From Narcine bancroftii (taxonomy: Eukaryota), in NCBI RefSeq assembly GCF_036971445.1, contig NC_091471.1:356004001-356068000 (forward strand): a DNA stretch of 64,000 nucleotides. The letters run 5' to 3'. The translations under genes and the position numbers were made by a program. Within the stretch, counting starts at the first letter, position 1. Every line of letters starts with the position of its first letter. This document shows positions 61,738 to 64,000 of the stretch, one piece after another. The notes below the pieces were generated by a model, which did not search any database, was not told where the DNA came from, and worked only from the letters and a program-made list of their open reading frames with translations.

Positions 61738-63900
61738 TCAATAAAAGGACTCTCTCTTTTACGACTCAAAAATCAAATTTCTTTTTTTTCAGGAATGAAA
61801 TGTAAAGGAATTTTGTGCAAAAAAAATTAAGTTCGTCAAGTATTTACAATACCTTTTCCATGACAACTGGATCATGCTTCTCAGGCGTAATATTAGAGGG
61901 AGTATCAAAATATTCTCTTCTTGGAACTTCAACTGACAGTAAACTACCGGTGTTCTTTAAGTGTGTTTACTTGATGCCAATTAGCCCGAGTGCCTTTGGC
62001 CAGGTACAAAATGCAACAAGTAGTTTCTTTTTAAAATTTCCTTTTGCATATATTAACAAAGAATTCACCATTTGAGATGATTGCGTTCTGGGCACACGTC
62101 TTGTTTAAAAATACTCCCACTCTGTATGCTTAACTTCAGAATACACTCAAAGTATTATCGAAGATATGGCGAAAGATGTACTTATTGGTAAATGGAAGGT
62201 GTAGAATAAAGTGAATGTATTTTTTCTCCCAAAGGGCACACTCCATCCGATCACACCATTTGCTTTCAGCATGGCAGCTCAGAATCTCATAGGCGTGATT
62301 ATTTTAAATTCTTCCATCTGGAGCTCGCCAGAGGGAATAAAGAACAAACGTATCGTCGTGCCCTCTAGTGGCAAGTATTTTTTACAAAAAAAAATAAATT
62401 TTGCAAATGTAGGAAGATTTTTATTGAATTTGATGCCTGAAACGAGGATCTTTTTTCCCAAAAAAGTATTTAGATGATAATCTATTGTTTTTGCCAAACA
62501 CTGGTTCTTTGCGAGTAAAATATTTATAAATGTAAATATTGTACACTTGGAGGAAGTTCTATATGCCACACCGAAGCCAAAGCTCTAAATAGTTCAACTC
62601 CAGATCCACATCCAGTGCTAAATCTTAGTTCTGGATAGAGTAAGATTAGAGGCCATTATGCAACCATTTCTTAAGAAAGCGCTGTTTTTATGTCATTTAT
62701 GCTCTTTTTTCCCCTCTCTCATTTAATGCAAATGTGACATGTACTGTCAGTTTTATTTTTACAATAAAGAAAAAGGGAAACAAGTGACCGGAATCAACAG
62801 TAATTTTTTTTTCACCGGTGGCGTTGCACAGCACACATTTCCACGTGGCTATTGCAGGCCAGGCGGGCCCGCCTGGATGTGATAACATTGTATCGCTGCT
62901 CATGCACAATCGCCGCAGAACAGAATGGACACACGGGAAGCGGTGACACTTGCCAGCTGCTGACCCCACGTTCGGTCCAACCGTCAAGTGCTGCGTCTTC
63001 TTTAAAAGTAAACTTGGATGGAAAACAAGTTTGAAAACAGGAAAAAAAAAGAGCTGCCGTTCTCCTTGGTCGCCCATAACAGACCCCCAATACTTGTGGA
63101 TTTAAGGTCAACAGTGGAAATCAGGGGGCGGGGGGGAAATGACCAGGAGCGACGGACTTCCACAAAGTAATTCAAAGCTGCCACTAATTTAAGATCCTGT
63201 CTCCCTTCTTGTAGACTCATGGATTGATTTGACTGCTTTTGCACACGCAACGCACATTATTTAAAATTCCCCTCTAATCTCTTCAGTGACTTGTAAAGAG
63301 TTTAAAAAAAAATTGTTAGGAAACCTCAAAAATAAATGCTGGTGAAACACTATGACTCCCCCTCCCCCCCCCATTTCATTTACAACCATACAGTGACAGA
63401 ATAAAATAATACTGTCCCATAGAAAAGAGAAATTACCAGTAGTTCCCAGTTTTAATATTCACGCAACCTCTCTTCAGTAATAATATAATTTTATCACCCA
63501 TGTTTATGAAACCCATGTATAACTTGCAAGGGGATAGTCCAATAAGAATCTTCTTCATGTGTACAAAAGTACAGTATTTTGTTATTGCAAATGGAGTTGA
63601 TCAATTCTGCATTTCTTCTGGTGCGCCTTTAAGAAAAGTATTGCATCCATCAGTCAACCAGTGCTGTCTCTGACTGACATGGCATTAATCTCTGTTAAGA
63701 CAATTAGCATTTCACTCATATCAAAAACAAAGTGAACAACTACTCACATTTTGAAATAAATGGAGCAATCAAACAATCTTTTTACTGTAATTAAATATTT
63801 GTAAAATATATTCCAATTTAGTGTATTGCCAACCCACATTTCAGTAATGTTCAACTGTGGGCTATAATTTGGTGGAAAATACCCACAGGAGATATTTATA
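61738..63900 (+). other. Probable long NPTX1 3' UTR
   Basis: AT-rich, no recognisable repeats, several AATAAA hexamers (62205, ~62393, ~62763, 63331, ~63400); true end unknown. Confidence 0.5.
62358..62372 (-). promoter_or_regulatory. CTCF consensus site
   Basis: Minus strand GCCACTAGAGGGCAC fits the CTCF core CCA(C/G)(C/T)AG(A/G)(G/T)GGC. Confidence 0.55.
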
Positions 63901-64000
63901 GATTTGTTCTCCTTGCAAATTGATCTTGTTGCTATCTTGGGGTGGTGCTCATGCTTGTTAACACCATCCCATAGACCACAACATCTGGCCGCTCACCCTC

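Overview
Vertebrate genomic DNA, most likely a cartilaginous fish (shark/ray), judged from the repeat landscape (V-SINEs, CR1, Rex1/Babar, Penelope, RTE, L1, Gypsy). Two genes lie head-to-head as in human 17q25.3: coding exon 1 of RPTOR on the minus strand (15716-15868; positions 1-15715 are intron 1) and the complete five-exon NPTX1 gene on the plus strand (56870-61737). The ~41 kb between them is mostly transposon-derived and includes a full-length L1 with a 14-bp TSD nested in a Rex1 element and a Gypsy LTR element just upstream of NPTX1; a second decayed Gypsy element lies in RPTOR intron 1. Most notable observations: (1) NPTX1 exon 1 is frameshifted and degenerate in its last ~140 nt, but a strong in-frame upstream donor (TCG|GTGAGT) would rescue the gene, suggesting intronization; (2) a perfect 32-bp inverted copy of the NPTX1 proximal promoter 7 kb upstream; (3) a Gypsy element whose PBS position is complementary to its own LTR poly(A) signal; (4) an RTE LINE with a twin-priming-type 5' inversion; (5) a G-rich minisatellite born from an L1 3' UTR in RPTOR intron 1; (6) overlapping uORFs and a TISU/YY1-like motif in the RPTOR leader. 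All calls are by eye without database searches; repeat boundaries are approximate unless TSDs/TIRs are quoted.
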